Shown here: piece after piece, positions 52,293 to 64,000 of the stretch | Layout: every line of letters begins with the position of its first letter | How positions within the stretch are numbered: the stretch's first letter is position 1 | Source: Phoronis australis | Taxonomy: Eukaryota; Animalia; Phoronida | NCBI GenBank assembly: GCA_002633005.1 | Contig: NMRA01000462.1 | Span: forward strand, 103,594-167,593 | Direction of reading: 5' to 3' | Length of the DNA: 64,000 nt | Program-made: the position numbers and the translations under genes | Notes under the pieces: generated by a model | The model's database searches: none | What the model was told of the DNA's origin: nothing | The model's input: only the letters and a program-made list of their open reading frames with translations

Positions 52293-53045
52293 CATGTCTT
52301 TAGGAAATTTGAACACAAAGACATTTTCAGCCAAGTTGCTATTACTACAGCCTCCACATACTCTCCTTTTTATGTCTGAAAAAAGCAGCTCTCTCCTCAC
52401 AACTCCTCAGTATCGCACTGGCAAAAACAACAATGGTGGAGGCAGTCTTCCTATTACATACAACCCCAGTAGCAACAGGTACACTAAAGGCTATTAAGTC
52501 TCTTAAGATGTATCTTTTTGAGACATTGGGTGATGGTTTTAACTCTTTAATAGAACAAACTCCCCCTCTTCAGCATCTAGTGTTCCTACACAAAACCGAG
52601 CAAATTGCCCTCGGTCTAATTCTTTGGCGCCAAATTTCTCAAATCCCTGCCTATCCAAAGTCATTCCTAAGGTGTCCCTCTATGCGCAAATGTACTGATA
52701 CCAACACGACTTTAATAATTTAATCAGTGCGAGGCGTAATTTTCCAAAAGCTTCTGGCGTACAGAGGGCCTGTGGGATGGGCACCATCTCTGTTGGTGCC
52801 AGTTGAGACGGTGGTACTGTCTACCGCCTCATAGCCATCTTGTTGAAAAAGGGAACACTTTTATAGAGCGTTTTGTTGAGAAACTGTCGTGAAAAAGTCA
52901 CCTGGCTGAGCGGCACGTCCTCAATACCTCTTGTAATCTCTCGGGGAACTGAGCACCTGCCTGTTTTGATCATGTCCCATTTTTAGTGTCAGTGCATACT
53001 GATAATTAAACAGTGTTTTACAGGTCAAGACTTCCAGGCTGATGT

Positions 53046-63448
<10,403 letters not shown>

Positions 63449-64000
63449 CTTTTTAAAATGATGACTCGTGTAAAGTGGGATGAACTTCTCCTGTGTCTCT
63501 ACACGTCTATAGGGGGATAACTCCAGACTTATGTGAAAAATGACTAATGTTTTCCACAGTATGTAGGCCTATTTGAAGGTAAAAAGGTATTTTTCATAAC
63601 ATTGAATGTTTTCTCGTGTGCCACCCATTTAGTGGAAGTACTCCGATATTCAACCAGGCAGCAACTTTCGCATCATTGACTGGTTACCTCAGCTTTGTGA
63701 AAGGTTATTTTATTTACAAATACCCAAAATGTGCCATTCACCAGGCTCTAAATAGTGTTCACTCTACCTCAAGCCAATGACTATCATATCATGATTTGGG
63801 CTGAGATACTGTTTTTGAACTTTTCATGTGAGATGCACCTGTTCTTTTATGAGCTTAAAGAGTCGTATGTTTAGAACATCAAACATTGTCATATTGTATT
63901 AACCAATTAATGTCTTAGTTTTTATGAACGGAACTGGTGTATCTGATAATGAAACGTCGCCAATTATGAGCTCTGTAGAATGTGATTTTCTGTCAGATTT

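Overview
AT-rich, intron-rich animal genomic DNA, probably an invertebrate bilaterian; it is not prokaryotic, so most ORFs in the supplied track are spurious. Four spliced genes were reconstructed by hand with phase-consistent splice sites: a TBC1D12/14-family RabGAP (+, 5' end not found), KCMF1 (-), QDPR/dihydropteridine reductase (+, head-to-head with KCMF1) and allantoicase (+). A fifth, single-coding-exon 311-aa PTB-like gene lies antisense inside QDPR intron 2. KCMF1 carries several regulatory features: a U12-type AT-AC intron, a pair of duplicated exons that must be mutually exclusive, and two candidate uORFs, one overlapping the start codon. Introns hold many non-autonomous DNA transposons: a TA-flanked family with a decayed HIRAN-like cargo ORF in three of the genes, a hAT-like element with a 5-bp target-site duplication (TSD), Harbinger-like MITEs, and a Helentron-type element with eight periodic CTCF-like motifs. 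There are also tRNA-derived SINE heads and a 31-bp minisatellite. Two duplications next to single N bases are probably haplotype-overlap assembly artefacts. Coordinates were counted by eye and no database searches were run.
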